64,000 nucleotides of DNA from Methylotenera sp. (GTDB taxonomy: Bacteria; Pseudomonadota; Gammaproteobacteria; Burkholderiales; Methylophilaceae): assembly GCA_036676175.1 (NCBI GenBank), contig JAKFDL010000023.1, forward strand, positions 14,807-78,806, written 5' to 3'. The notes beneath the pieces are model-generated. The model was not told the origin of the DNA, searched no databases, and was given only the letters and a program-made list of their open reading frames with translations. Shown one piece after another: positions 22,694-32,977 of the stretch; position 1 is the stretch's first letter, and the number at the start of each line of letters is the position of its first letter. Both the position numbers and the translations under genes were made by a program.

Positions 22694-24196
22694 TCATCGG
22701 GTACTCCATAATTCTAGGTACTTATCTGATTTATTTAAAAGATTGTTGTTCATCTCTTCATAATTCAGTAATTTGGCAGAGAAATCTTCGTTTGAAAACG
22801 CTGTGACGCCCAACCCAAGTTTACCCCCTTCAACCTTAAAACCAATAAAATCTAATATGCTAGGTAACATATCAAAAGGAAGTATCACATCTCGGTTTCT
22901 TGAGGTGGGCTTAGCTGAGATAAATTTATTAAAAATGAGGCGCTCTTTGACTTGATGTAATTTACCATAGACTGGGTTTTCCATGGCTAAGTGATCGCCA
23001 ATAATGACAACGTTGGTGTCTTTCAAGTAGTTATTTTTTTTCATAAACTTCACGAATGCAGAAACCTGTTCAGAGGTGCACTCGACGACAGACTCAAACG
23101 ATTTTGCCCCTTTTGCTTTGCAGTATTTAGAAAAGTGTCCATCCGGACCATGCGTATCAATGGTGGTGATGGTCAGGTTAAAAGGTTGGTTGGACGTATG
23201 TAATTCAACCAGTTTTTCTTTGGCGAGTTTGAATAAATCATCGTCATACAGCCCCCAGTAATTAAGCGCTGGATTTTGTAATTGACTGACTAGCTCATCT
23301 CTACCAAGCACCTCGTCATAGTGATGATTTTTAAAGAACATGCCTTTGCCCGCAAACGCCAAGGCATCACCGCCCATATAGACATTGCGATAGCCGGCTT
23401 GATGCAGGATGTCACCGAGGCAAATCGCATTCGGTAAGAAACTTTTGATGACTTGGCCTTGGTCGTTGCCGTCGTACATGGTGATGCTTTTAAGGGGTAA
23501 TCCACATTGGGTCGCGGTGATGCCAGCGATGGTCCACCAACTTCCCGGGGCAGATCTGTAAGACGGGAAGCTAGTGCCAGGCAGCTTGTCTAAGCTGGCA
23601 AGTAGATTTTTGCCAAATATTTCCTTGTGCTTATAGGTGTTGTCTAGGCTTTCGACATAGATGAGTACAAGATTCTTAGGTTGAGCAGGCGGAAGTATGT
23701 TGACTGATGCTGGATTTAAATAATGCTCTGCAAAATAATCTTTGCCAAGTAGCTGATAGACAAACACGCTGACTGAAAACTGGAAGCAAAAAAATACGCA
23801 CGCACCTAGCATGGCATAGAAAGGCGCACGGTGCCCAATAAACCAATAGAACACTTTTAGTACATGGATATTGCCGTGACGTGCTGGTTTTGTAATCCAA
23901 TGGCTAGAGTCATACACCAAAAACAGGGCGATAGAATATTCGATGATGATCAGTAGAAAAGCGCTGATTAAAGGGGTGACTATGCACCAAATAACGAAGC
24001 TTTCAATAATGATAGCGTCAGTATCTAATAGGCCCTCGGTGCCAAATTGCGCGTGATACAGCAATTGCTCAAGTGAAGGCTCACCAAATTTACTCGGTAC
24101 CCATATCGCTAGTGCCAATATAAAAAACGCTAATAGGTAGGTAGAGAACCTGATGAAGCTTCTCAGCCAGTGGCGGTAAGTATTACTGTGTTGCAT
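22694..24196 (-). CDS. opgB: LTA synthase / phosphoglycerol transferase I family sulfatase-fold enzyme
   Basis: N-terminal TMs, NLVLIYVESL, WTIAGITATQCG, TIDTHGPDG and IGDHLAM. Confidence 0.72.
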   Translation of the reverse strand: MQHSNTYRHWLRSFIRFSTYLLAFFILALAIWVPSKFGEPSLEQLLYHAQFGTEGLLDTDAIIIESFVIWCIVTPLISAFLLIIIEYSIALFLVYDSSHWITKPARHGNIHVLKVFYWFIGHRAPFYAMLGACVFFCFQFSVSVFVYQLLGKDYFAEHYLNPASVNILPPAQPKNLVLIYVESLDNTYKHKEIFGKNLLASLDKLPGTSFPSYRSAPGSWWTIAGITATQCGLPLKSITMYDGNDQGQVIKSFLPNAICLGDILHQAGYRNVYMGGDALAFAGKGMFFKNHHYDEVLGRDELVSQLQNPALNYWGLYDDDLFKLAKEKLVELHTSNQPFNLTITTIDTHGPDGHFSKYCKAKGAKSFESVVECTSEQVSAFVKFMKKNNYLKDTNVVIIGDHLAMENPVYGKLHQVKERLIFNKFISAKPTSRNRDVILPFDMLPSILDFIGFKVEGGKLGLGVTAFSNEDFSAKLLNYEEMNNNLLNKSDKYLELWSTR

Positions 24197-24216
24197 GGGG
24201 TAGGAAAGGATTTCGG

Positions 24217-26796
24217 TTAAACATCTTTTTTATTCTCTTTTAAGTAGATTAACTGGCAGGCTAGCGCACTTAAATAAGGTAAGGATTGCAGGCTTAGTAA
24301 CGCAACCCAAATTTGCGCATCCGCATTGTTAAAGCCACGTGTGACCAACATGGCGATAGCAGACGCGAATAGTGCCATTAGCAGTAACACCTCTTCTCTA
24401 ATCGGCTGAATCCATTCAAATGCACTGTCTTTTTGGGCCACTTTGCCCTTGGCTGTGACTCTAAACACACCATCTTTTTTAATTAGGCCGCTGATGATGC
24501 CTTTGGCGATGGCATGTGATAGGCCAAGGCTGGCGACAGAGGCGCCTAAAATATCTACCCACTTGCACTGCATAGTTTTTCTGTAAAGAATAGGGCCCAT
24601 GGCTGCTTTAATGAGTAAGAAGCAAATGATGGTAATAATCATCAGCGATACTGGCAAGCTAAACGCATGTGGAAATAACAGCATCGCTACAGTCCAGCCT
24701 ATTGAGCCTAATGTAAATGCTAATTGCAGCGCATCACCAAGCCAGCCAAACCAGCCAGTGATGAAATGATACCGTTGCCCAAAATTAAGCGTTGAGTTAC
24801 CTAGTAGCTTTGGCAGGTGATGTTTTAGGATTTGCATGGCCCCAAATGCCCACCTGAAACGCTGTGACTTGAGCGCGCTGAAATTGCCAGGGGTCAGACC
24901 CCTGCCAAAAGTATCATCAACATATCTCAGTTCGTAACCGTCTTCCAATAACCTTAAACCCAGTTCGGTATCCTCACAAATACACCATTCTGACCATGCC
25001 CCACTTTTGATTAGCGCTTGATGTCTAACCAGTGTCATGGTGCCGTGTTGAATAAGCGCGTTGCGTTCATGGCGATGATGCATGCCTATCTTAAAAAAAC
25101 CTTCGAATTCCCAATTGCTCATACGGCGGAAGAAATTATGCTGCCACTCCCGGTGCGCTTGCGGCGCTTGCACAACCGCAACATTCGGTTCTACGAAATG
25201 CGGAATTAAGTCCGTTAGCCAATCCGAGGTCACTTCATAATCGGCATCGACAATACCAATCACTTCTGCGCTCGGGTTAGTTTTTGATAAGGCAAAATTA
25301 AGCGCGCCAGCTTTAAATCCTGGCCATTTGGGCAAGTGGAAAAATTTAAAATGACTTGGTAAGCTTGCCATATAGGCTTCAACTGGTTTCCATTTATCTT
25401 CATCAGTGGTGTTGTTATCCACCACAATGACTTCATAATTGGTGTAGCTAAGTTTGGCTAAGCTCTTAATGGTGGCGATCACCATTTCTGGGGGCTCGTT
25501 GTAGCAGGCTAAATGAATTGAAACAAGCGGTTCTTTTTCCGCTGGTAATGCAGCCAATCTTGAAAAGTTGCGACGCCATTTGCCCTTAAACATGACTTCA
25601 CTAAATTCAACGCCATAAATCATCAGCACGGCAGATGTCAGCATCATGCCCATCAACAGAGCAATTAGGAACGAAAAATCGGTAATCGAATAGTAGTAAT
25701 CCTTAGGCAAGTTCCACGCGACTACCAGTGTGGTAACAGAAACCTGAATCAAAATGGCAAGAGACAGTCTGCCACCCAGACGCCAATGACTGAATCTGTA
25801 AGCAATGATAAGAATAGGAATAAAAGCGATGAGGCTTGACCATATTGCTTTGATTAGCCAGCGCTCATCTTCTGGCACCGCACCTTGCAATGAATACTTT
25901 TGCACGCGGTCAGCATCGAACATGCCCCAATAAGGACCGCCCCAGCCTTCAATTTCGGTTTTCCAAGGCTGGTCAAATGCTTCAATTAAATAGTAATCAA
26001 AATCTTGCTGGGTGCTGAGTGCTAGAAACTCCCTTACAAATTTTGCTTGATTGACTTGAGAAGCTACCGCACCCTCAATGGTAGGGCCGTTGCTAGGCCA
26101 GCCAATTTCACTAATAACAATTTTTTTTCTAGGGTAGGCAGTCAAAAGTTCTTGGTATCTTTGTTTGGCATAATTCATCGCTTGTTCAATGGGAATGCCT
26201 TCGTGATACGGTAATAGGTGAACGGCAATAAAACTGACATGTTTGACTAGCTCAGGATTTTTAATCCACACGTGCCAAGGTTCTGCTGTGGAAATAGGCA
26301 GGTCAGTTTCTGCTCTCATTTCGTCTAGGTAATCAATTAATTGCTCTACGGTCAAGTCAGTGCGTAGCAAGACTTCGTTGCCGACAATTGCCCGCTCAAT
26401 ATTAGGATACGTTTTGATCTGTTCCTTTAAAGCAACAATTTGTCTTCGATTAGCATTGAAGTCGCCGTCTAACCACGCACCAGCGGTGACTTTCATGTTG
26501 TATCGCTCTGCTAGCGCCATCACCTCAGTGTTTTGCAGAGAATCATAAATCCTGATTTTATTAGTCAGTGGCTTTAAAAGTTTGAGATCATTGGCTAATT
26601 CAGCCGTGCTGGGGAAAATTCTTTGTAAGGGGCTTTGGTCTTTTTGAAAGCCAGCATAGGCAAAACCTTTGACGACCTTGGGCGCCTCAATTAACAAATA
26701 AGCTTGGTTAAATAAGCTCCACAGCAAAAAATGCGCGACGGCAAAGACTGTAGCGAATATCAACGCGATGCTAAGGTTTTTTAAGCGAGGCGTCAT
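24217..26796 (-). CDS. ndvB: GH17-GT2 periplasmic beta-(1,3)-glucan synthase (NdvB-like)
   Basis: GH17 domain (VGNEVLLR, ISEIGWPS, EAFDQPWK) followed by GT2 (KAGALN, DAD, ICEDTE, QRFRW) and TMs. Confidence 0.85.
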   Translation of the reverse strand: MTPRLKNLSIALIFATVFAVAHFLLWSLFNQAYLLIEAPKVVKGFAYAGFQKDQSPLQRIFPSTAELANDLKLLKPLTNKIRIYDSLQNTEVMALAERYNMKVTAGAWLDGDFNANRRQIVALKEQIKTYPNIERAIVGNEVLLRTDLTVEQLIDYLDEMRAETDLPISTAEPWHVWIKNPELVKHVSFIAVHLLPYHEGIPIEQAMNYAKQRYQELLTAYPRKKIVISEIGWPSNGPTIEGAVASQVNQAKFVREFLALSTQQDFDYYLIEAFDQPWKTEIEGWGGPYWGMFDADRVQKYSLQGAVPEDERWLIKAIWSSLIAFIPILIIAYRFSHWRLGGRLSLAILIQVSVTTLVVAWNLPKDYYYSITDFSFLIALLMGMMLTSAVLMIYGVEFSEVMFKGKWRRNFSRLAALPAEKEPLVSIHLACYNEPPEMVIATIKSLAKLSYTNYEVIVVDNNTTDEDKWKPVEAYMASLPSHFKFFHLPKWPGFKAGALNFALSKTNPSAEVIGIVDADYEVTSDWLTDLIPHFVEPNVAVVQAPQAHREWQHNFFRRMSNWEFEGFFKIGMHHRHERNALIQHGTMTLVRHQALIKSGAWSEWCICEDTELGLRLLEDGYELRYVDDTFGRGLTPGNFSALKSQRFRWAFGAMQILKHHLPKLLGNSTLNFGQRYHFITGWFGWLGDALQLAFTLGSIGWTVAMLLFPHAFSLPVSLMIITIICFLLIKAAMGPILYRKTMQCKWVDILGASVASLGLSHAIAKGIISGLIKKDGVFRVTAKGKVAQKDSAFEWIQPIREEVLLLMALFASAIAMLVTRGFNNADAQIWVALLSLQSLPYLSALACQLIYLKENKKDV

Positions 26797-26973
26797 GAGT
26801 GGATGTATTCTAATGAGGGTTGTAAAGCGTTGCTACTGAATGGCTATGTTTTAAGGATGACTAAAACTTAAGTTACTATTAAAATTCAGTCGGTTATATA
26901 ATTATAGCTTCTCGTACTTTTTTACGATAGCTACATTTCACATCATTTTATTACGATAGATATCATTCACTTT

Positions 26974-27441
26974 ATGTTAAAAAAATTACTTCTCGCTGTT
27001 TTAATCTTGTCAACTTCGTTAGCTCACGCAAACAATGCAAGTAATGATAGAAACTTTAGTGGTGTATATGCTTGTAAAGGCAACAACACCAAAGTAGGCG
27101 ACTATGTATTCACGTTAACCTTAAAATTAAATAAGCCCAACAGTCGGGATGAAGTTAATGTATATGACGTCACCGGTCAGACCGAAAATGCAACCAATTA
27201 TTTCGGGAAAGCGTTGGCTATCGCCAATAAAATGTCATTGGCTTTCAGGATTTCTGATTACAAAGAAAATATTTTTGGCGTGGGCATGGCGGTATTTAAG
27301 CTTAATCAAGAAAAATCGTGGACTTTTACAACGCAGTATTACGAACCAGATCAAAATGACGGTATCTCAGGTACCGAAGTCTGTGCTCTGCAAAATCCAG
27401 TCATTCCTAAGAAATCACCAGATGAGCCTAACCAAACCTAG
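26974..27441 (+). CDS. Secreted hypothetical protein
   Basis: Signal peptide (MLKKLLLAVLILSTSLAHA), beta-strand pattern and two Cys. Confidence 0.7.
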   Translation: MLKKLLLAVLILSTSLAHANNASNDRNFSGVYACKGNNTKVGDYVFTLTLKLNKPNSRDEVNVYDVTGQTENATNYFGKALAIANKMSLAFRISDYKENIFGVGMAVFKLNQEKSWTFTTQYYEPDQNDGISGTEVCALQNPVIPKKSPDEPNQT

Positions 27442-27491
27442 GCTGTGTCAGCAGCAATCTCGGACTCTAGTTGAGAGCTGACATATTCAGT

Positions 27492-28091
27492 TTACTCACC
27501 GCCTAATTTCTGAATGCCGGTCACACCTGCAGTGAGCGTGAAACGCATGGCTTCTTCCATGCTCATTTTAAGCGGTTTTGTCGCTTTACGTGGAACAAGC
27601 ACAGCAAACCCCCCAATACCGTAACTCATCGGAATATAAACCAATAAACTATCTTTTTGATTTAATCCTGCAGGCATCTTGGACATGTCGGCCTGGGTAA
27701 CAAGCCCAACCAATTGCATATCTCCAATAGTCACTGCTACCACCTGCTCAAAGTCTTTCTTTTTCTCTGCTGAGAAATAATCAAGTAAATCTCGAATCGA
27801 TAGATATACTGATTTAATGACTGGAAGTCGCTTCATCAGCCGCTCCACAGAAGCGAGTATTTGACGTGCAATAATGGTTTGCATTATTAGCCCGACTAAG
27901 AAAGCCACCACAAGTCCTGCAACCACCCCCATCCCTGGCCGGTAAAATTCCTCTGGTAGAACACTACGGATTACTCCGCCAAGTATGGTCTCAGTGGTCA
28001 AAACAAACCAGTAAAGTAAATACAGCGTGAGTATCACCGGCAATAGTGTGATTAAGCCAGTTAAGATATTTTTATTGATTAATTTCAACAT
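27492..28091 (-). CDS. DUF502 family membrane protein
   Basis: LTGLITLLPVILT, RLPVIKSVY and YIPMSYGIGG. Confidence 0.8.
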   Translation of the reverse strand: MLKLINKNILTGLITLLPVILTLYLLYWFVLTTETILGGVIRSVLPEEFYRPGMGVVAGLVVAFLVGLIMQTIIARQILASVERLMKRLPVIKSVYLSIRDLLDYFSAEKKKDFEQVVAVTIGDMQLVGLVTQADMSKMPAGLNQKDSLLVYIPMSYGIGGFAVLVPRKATKPLKMSMEEAMRFTLTAGVTGIQKLGGE

Positions 28092-28142
28092 GATTATTTC
28101 CTAATTTAAATTTGGTATTTTGGCTACAGACGAGTGAATTTC

Positions 28143-28406
28143 CTAATCGGGCTCTGCAGGTAATTCATTATCTTTTGTGTTTGCTGTTTGTTGCATGAAT
28201 AAATAAAGGCGTTCAACTCTATCACGTGCCCAAGGTGTTTTCCGTAGAAATTTAAGGCTTGATTTAATACTTGGGTCATGGGAGAAACAGTTCACAGGTA
28301 TGCGCTCAGCTAATCCATCCCACCCGTAATGGTGAAATAACGAAGTCACTACCACTTCTAGTGTAATGCCATGTAAGGGGTTATTGGGTTGTTCAGGTAA
28401 AGTCAT
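28143..28406 (-). CDS. VF530/DUF2132 family small protein
   Basis: [15 protein letters not shown] and [18 protein letters not shown]. Confidence 0.85.
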   Translation of the reverse strand: MTLPEQPNNPLHGITLEVVVTSLFHHYGWDGLAERIPVNCFSHDPSIKSSLKFLRKTPWARDRVERLYLFMQQTANTKDNELPAEPD

Positions 28407-28559
28407 GAGTATCTATATAGCTAATTTACGTATTGAAAAGTTTCTAGGAAAATAGGTGAATGCCGCTTAGTCTTGAGGTAACATGATTAGAGTCCTAGTC
28501 TAGATGCATAATCAAATTTAATATCAACCTAGATATTACCATTTATAAATTTACTTCTA

Positions 28560-29186
28560 ATGTGCAATTACCAAACCTTGGTGAATACGCTACATGCATT
28601 TCAAATGCAGGCAAAACATCGCCAAATTACCATAGGCGAGCTTATCGATAGCCTGGATGAAGCGGCTTTTGCCTTCATTGCGATTATTCTGGTACTGCCT
28701 TTCCTGCAGCCGCTACCTCTGGGCCCGATATCAGTTGCAGGCGGCCTCACCTTTGCAGTGCTCGGGCTACAGTTGTTACGGGGGCATGAATCACCCGTAT
28801 TGCCGAAACGTATACGTGAATTAGAACTACACGAAAAGACATTACAAATTATGATTAGTGTGGGTCTGAAAATAATTGATTTTTGTCGCAAAATTACACG
28901 CCCTCGAATGCAGTATTTAGTGAGTGGTAAAACAGGGCGGCAGGTAAGCGGATGGATTTTGCTAGCTGGAGGGTTGCTGATGGCGGTTCCGTTCCCAATT
29001 CCATTGCCATTCAATAATGCCATCCCAGGCTTGGCTATTTTGTTTTACTGTATTGGCGAGCTGGAAGATGACGGATTGATGGTATTTTTCTCTTTATTTT
29101 GGTTGGTAGTAACGGTGCTTTATTTCACAGCTTTTTTTGTGTCTATATGGATTTTTGGATACCAGGCAGTCAGCCACTTTATATAG
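28560..29186 (+). CDS. exoD: ExoD-like exopolysaccharide synthesis protein
   Basis: Hydrophobic protein with LALP-like segments and PLPFNNAIPG. Confidence 0.78.
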   Translation: MCNYQTLVNTLHAFQMQAKHRQITIGELIDSLDEAAFAFIAIILVLPFLQPLPLGPISVAGGLTFAVLGLQLLRGHESPVLPKRIRELELHEKTLQIMISVGLKIIDFCRKITRPRMQYLVSGKTGRQVSGWILLAGGLLMAVPFPIPLPFNNAIPGLAILFYCIGELEDDGLMVFFSLFWLVVTVLYFTAFFVSIWIFGYQAVSHFI

Positions 29187-29251
29187 TGGTTTTTAGTCAT
29201 TACTATCTGGAAGGCTAGTGATTATTCTTAGTTTAGTGTTAAATTAGGGAT

Positions 29252-29473
29252 ATGAAAAAATCATATTACATTGACTATCCGCAAGAGCATGTAGAGGGGC
29301 AGGCTAATACCTATCGATGTGTTTATTGTAAGGTGGTGACGACTAAAATTAATGGTAGCTTACAAGGCCATTTGCCAACATGTGAGTATCGATTGAAGTT
29401 AGAGCGCGATGGCTTTGAAAAAAATGACGATTCAAATTCACCTGGTTATTCAACCGCTGACGACTTTGATTGA
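29252..29473 (+). CDS. Small hypothetical protein with CxxC...H...C motif
   Basis: GGGA RBS; RCVYC and GHLPTCEY. Confidence 0.65.
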   Translation: MKKSYYIDYPQEHVEGQANTYRCVYCKVVTTKINGSLQGHLPTCEYRLKLERDGFEKNDDSNSPGYSTADDFD

Positions 29474-29638
29474 TTCAAAATTCCTCAGGCATGCCTGTTT
29501 GTAGTCCGATTCTTACATCTATTTAACCGCATCTCTGATACGACTTGTTGTAGATTTAGATTATGTTTCTCCTTAGCAAGTAATTACTACTTGATAGATA
29601 AAAAGAATTAGTAACTTTTTATTTTGAGGAGAGTCATC

Positions 29639-29812
29639 ATGCCCGCAGGTTCAAGTCCTAAACGAGAGCGTGAATATAAAAAATTGGTGAAAGAGTTCCG
29701 TCAATCACATCAATACCCTGGTAGAGAAGAGGAAGTTGCAGCGCGTATTGTGAATAAGCAACGCAAAGAACATGGTGAGACCAAAGATGACGATAATAAA
29801 AACACGCACTGA
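29639..29812 (+). CDS. Small conserved charged protein
   Basis: GAGGAG RBS before ATG 29639; MPAGSSPKREREY...GREEEVAARIVNKQR. Confidence 0.8.
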   Translation: MPAGSSPKREREYKKLVKEFRQSHQYPGREEEVAARIVNKQRKEHGETKDDDNKNTH

Positions 29813-30086
29813 GTGGTCATTTCTGAGTAAGAAAAAGCCTGATCTATACTGAAGCGTAATTATTTCCAGCTAAGATTTACTCATAGGCTGAAATGTTAAG
29901 ATATTATTGCTTATGCTGTATCTCGGCCTGAGTAAATGGTCAAACGACAGGCACACAAGGGATTCATAAGCAATGATGCGATATAATTCTTGGGTAGTAA
30001 TTAGAGAATCTTACATTCATGCATCTCCACACAGCTTCATACCCAATTATTTTCCCCATGACACCGAATAGAAAGACATCTAACTA

Positions 30087-31136
30087 GTGAGTTTACCGAC
30101 TATGGGCATAAAAACCGCACACATGCCTTTTTCTGATGTTAATCAACAATCACAACTTTGGAAAGATAGCCTGCTGGGCGCCATCTGCTTTGTTGAATGC
30201 CTACCCGATAGCAATACATTAGAAACGATAGGGGCTTCAATCGCCCAGTTGCAAGCACCTATTCTGGCTGGCGCTGAGGTGTCTGGCGAGATATGGTTAA
30301 GTCATCCTGCTTTGTTATTGGGAAAGCCGTTAAGCTATGGTTCCAAAGGCGCAATTCAATATCGGTTTGATAACGACTTACTATTTGGTGTTATTTCCGT
30401 ACCTGAGCTTGGGTCATTACAACATGCCACAGAGTCTGCCTACCGTGAGATATTTGCGCTCATGCAAGCGCTTGATTATCCTTATATTTACCGATTCTGG
30501 AACTACATGGCAGATATCAATGGCGTAAGTAATGGCCTAGAGCGTTATCGCCAATTTAATGTAGGTCGCAAGGATGCATTTTTGGCTTCTAACGGCGAAT
30601 TAGATAATCAGTTGCCAGCCGCCTGTGCATTGGGTCTGGCGGACGGCCCATTGACCGTTGCTTTTCTATTAGGGCGTCAACCAACAGTGGAAATCGAAAA
30701 TCCTAGGCAAGTAAATGCGTATGAATACCCTGAAGAATATGGTCCACGCTCTCCCAGTTTTTCGCGTGCGACTTTATTGAATGCTAAGCAAAATGCGCTA
30801 TTGTTCATATCAGGCACTGCGAGTATTGTTGGTCATCAAACACTGCATCCATTAGATGTAGTGGCACAAACCACGGAAACCCTGGTTAATTTGGAGGCGG
30901 TCATCGCCGAAGCCAACCGCATGCTCGGCAAACAGGAATTTGATTTGCACAACATTTATTTCAGGGTATATATTCGTCATGCGGCCGATTTAAACTTGGT
31001 GAGAAATGAAATCGAGCGCTACATAGGTGGTGCAATAAAAGCTGTTTATATACAGGCCGATATATGTCGCCAGGAGCTGTTGCTAGAAATTGAAGCAACT
31101 GCTGGCCGTAGGTTAGAACTTGCGAGCGACTGTTAA
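30087..31136 (+). CDS. FkbO/Hyg5-family chorismatase (XanB2-like hydroxybenzoate synthase)
   Basis: RFWNY, ERYRQFNVGR, PAACA, IENPRQVNAYEYP, SPSFSRA, FISGTASIVGH and ICRQELLLEIEA. Confidence 0.85.
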   Translation: MSLPTMGIKTAHMPFSDVNQQSQLWKDSLLGAICFVECLPDSNTLETIGASIAQLQAPILAGAEVSGEIWLSHPALLLGKPLSYGSKGAIQYRFDNDLLFGVISVPELGSLQHATESAYREIFALMQALDYPYIYRFWNYMADINGVSNGLERYRQFNVGRKDAFLASNGELDNQLPAACALGLADGPLTVAFLLGRQPTVEIENPRQVNAYEYPEEYGPRSPSFSRATLLNAKQNALLFISGTASIVGHQTLHPLDVVAQTTETLVNLEAVIAEANRMLGKQEFDLHNIYFRVYIRHAADLNLVRNEIERYIGGAIKAVYIQADICRQELLLEIEATAGRRLELASDC

Positions 31137-31138
31137 AA

Positions 31139-31996
31139 ATGAACTCGATACAGTATCAATTGCTTGTCTTATATGATTACGGCGTGCTGTATCTCGGTTT
31201 GATTTGGCTGGGATTTTTGAGTTTATGCTGGACAATAGTGGCCACTATTTTGTATCCACTTTTGCCAGGGCGCTTTGCAACCCGCTTAGGCCGATACATC
31301 ATCATGATTTCTTTTCGCGCTTATCTTGCCAGCTTAAGTATGTCGCGGCGCTGTCGCTTTGATTTAACCGAGCTGGATGTACTGCGAGATGACGCTCCGT
31401 TGATTATTGCGCCCAATCATCCCTGTTTGCTAGATGCGGTCATGATTATTTCGCGTTTACCGAATGTGGCTTGTGTAATGAAAGCCGAGCTGATGCACAA
31501 TATCTTTTTAGGCGCGGGTGCGCGTTTGGCGCGCTATATCCCTAATGAACCCATACGCCAGATGGTGATGCAAGCCAGTGAAGATTTTAAAACGGGTAGT
31601 CATTTGCTGCTATTCCCTGAGGGGACTCGCACGGTAAATCCACCTATTAATGCGCTAAAAGGCAGCATTGCGTTAATCGCCATGCAGGCAAAAGTACCAG
31701 TGCAAACGATATTAATAGAAACAGATTCACCTTATTTAAGTAAAGGCTGGCCTTTGTTTCGCAAACCTAACATGCCTGTCAACTACAAAATAAGATTAGG
31801 CAAGCGTTTTGATCCGCCCCAAGATACGCATCTTTTTATAGCTGAGCTTGAAGACTATTTTTTGCAGGCACTAACGCCTTCAACGCGCGCATCCTCTAGT
31901 GAAAAACCTGATATTGCTACAAGTACTCAGCAATATGGGGGCTTCGCTGACACTAAATCACCTGGCACTAAATCACCTGGAACTGCGTTGTCATGA
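31139..31996 (+). CDS. Lysophospholipid acyltransferase family (aryl polyene cluster)
   Basis: NHPCLLD and FPEGTR motifs. Confidence 0.88.
   Translation: MNSIQYQLLVLYDYGVLYLGLIWLGFLSLCWTIVATILYPLLPGRFATRLGRYIIMISFRAYLASLSMSRRCRFDLTELDVLRDDAPLIIAPNHPCLLDAVMIISRLPNVACVMKAELMHNIFLGAGARLARYIPNEPIRQMVMQASEDFKTGSHLLLFPEGTRTVNPPINALKGSIALIAMQAKVPVQTILIETDSPYLSKGWPLFRKPNMPVNYKIRLGKRFDPPQDTHLFIAELEDYFLQALTPSTRASSSEKPDIATSTQQYGGFADTKSPGTKSPGTALS
31951..31980 (+). repeat. In-frame 15-bp tandem duplication CACTAAATCACCTGG x2 (TKSPG-TKSPG)
   Basis: Read directly at 31951-31965 and 31966-31980. Confidence 0.85.
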
Positions 31997-32751
31997 TCAC
32001 TGCTTCTTCAAGCCATATCGTCCTTATACCTAGTTATAATCCAGGTGAAAAAGTGTATGACACTGTCCGCTCGGCTCGCCAATATTGGAACCCAGTATGG
32101 GTGGTGATTGACGGCAGCACGGACGGTTCTGAAGTTACCCTGCAAAAAATGGCTAAAGTAGATGCTGGTTTACGGGTGATTCATTTGCCCAAAAATAAAG
32201 GTAAAGGTGCGGCGGTATTACAGGGCCTGCACTTAGCCGCCGCCGAAGGTTATACCCATGTGCTGACGATGGATTCTGATGGGCAGCATCCGCCAGACCT
32301 GATTCCCACTTTTATGGCTGAGTCAATCAAACAGCCAGACGCGATGATATTGGGCAAGCCGATATTTGATGCCAGCGCACCAAACATCAGGGTACAGGGA
32401 CGTAAGCTTTCCAACTGGTGGGCAAATGTGGAAACCTTATGGGCAGGGATTGGTGACTCGCTGTTTGGATTTCGTGTTTATCCAATTGACCCGCTTAGAA
32501 AGGTAATGCGTTTTCAGCCTTGGATGCGCCATTTTGATTTTGATCCTGAAGCCGCAATAAGGTTAAGTTGGCGCGGGGTTAAGGTGGTTAATTTGCCTGC
32601 ACCTGTACTTTATTTCAGTACAGATGAAGGTGGTGTTTCGCACTTTCGTTATTTGCGAGATAACATATTACTTACTTGGATGTATACGCGGCTGTTTATC
32701 GGTTTTGTGCTGCGTTTGCCGATACTTTTAATCAGGCGCTTTTTAAAGTAA
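31993..32751 (+). CDS. GT2 glycosyltransferase (aryl polyene cluster)
   Basis: LIPSYNP, IDGSTD, NKGKGAA, MDSDGQH and GFRVYP; ATGA overlap with the acyltransferase. Confidence 0.9.
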   Translation: MITASSSHIVLIPSYNPGEKVYDTVRSARQYWNPVWVVIDGSTDGSEVTLQKMAKVDAGLRVIHLPKNKGKGAAVLQGLHLAAAEGYTHVLTMDSDGQHPPDLIPTFMAESIKQPDAMILGKPIFDASAPNIRVQGRKLSNWWANVETLWAGIGDSLFGFRVYPIDPLRKVMRFQPWMRHFDFDPEAAIRLSWRGVKVVNLPAPVLYFSTDEGGVSHFRYLRDNILLTWMYTRLFIGFVLRLPILLIRRFLK

Positions 32752-32814
32752 TCCTTTCTTAGCGATGATTAAACAGCTAGGCTCAATAATGTAGTCATAC
32801 TCGTTGTTCATTTC

Positions 32815-32841
32815 ATTTGTAGTCAAAATCTGACTACAAAT
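32815..32841. promoter_or_regulatory. Perfect 11-bp inverted repeat upstream of the cytochrome cL gene
   Basis: ATTTGTAGTCA-AAATC-TGACTACAAAT, with extra TAGTCA half-sites near 32792 and 32842. Confidence 0.6.
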
Positions 32842-32977
32842 TAGTCAAAGTGCTGATATCAGCAATTCGAAGTTTATTTTAAATTCATTTAATTGTTAGT
32901 AATGCGGCTTGGCACCTGCTAATCGCATTTATTAAAAATATAATTACTGATGGATTGTCATGAACGAGGAGATTATC

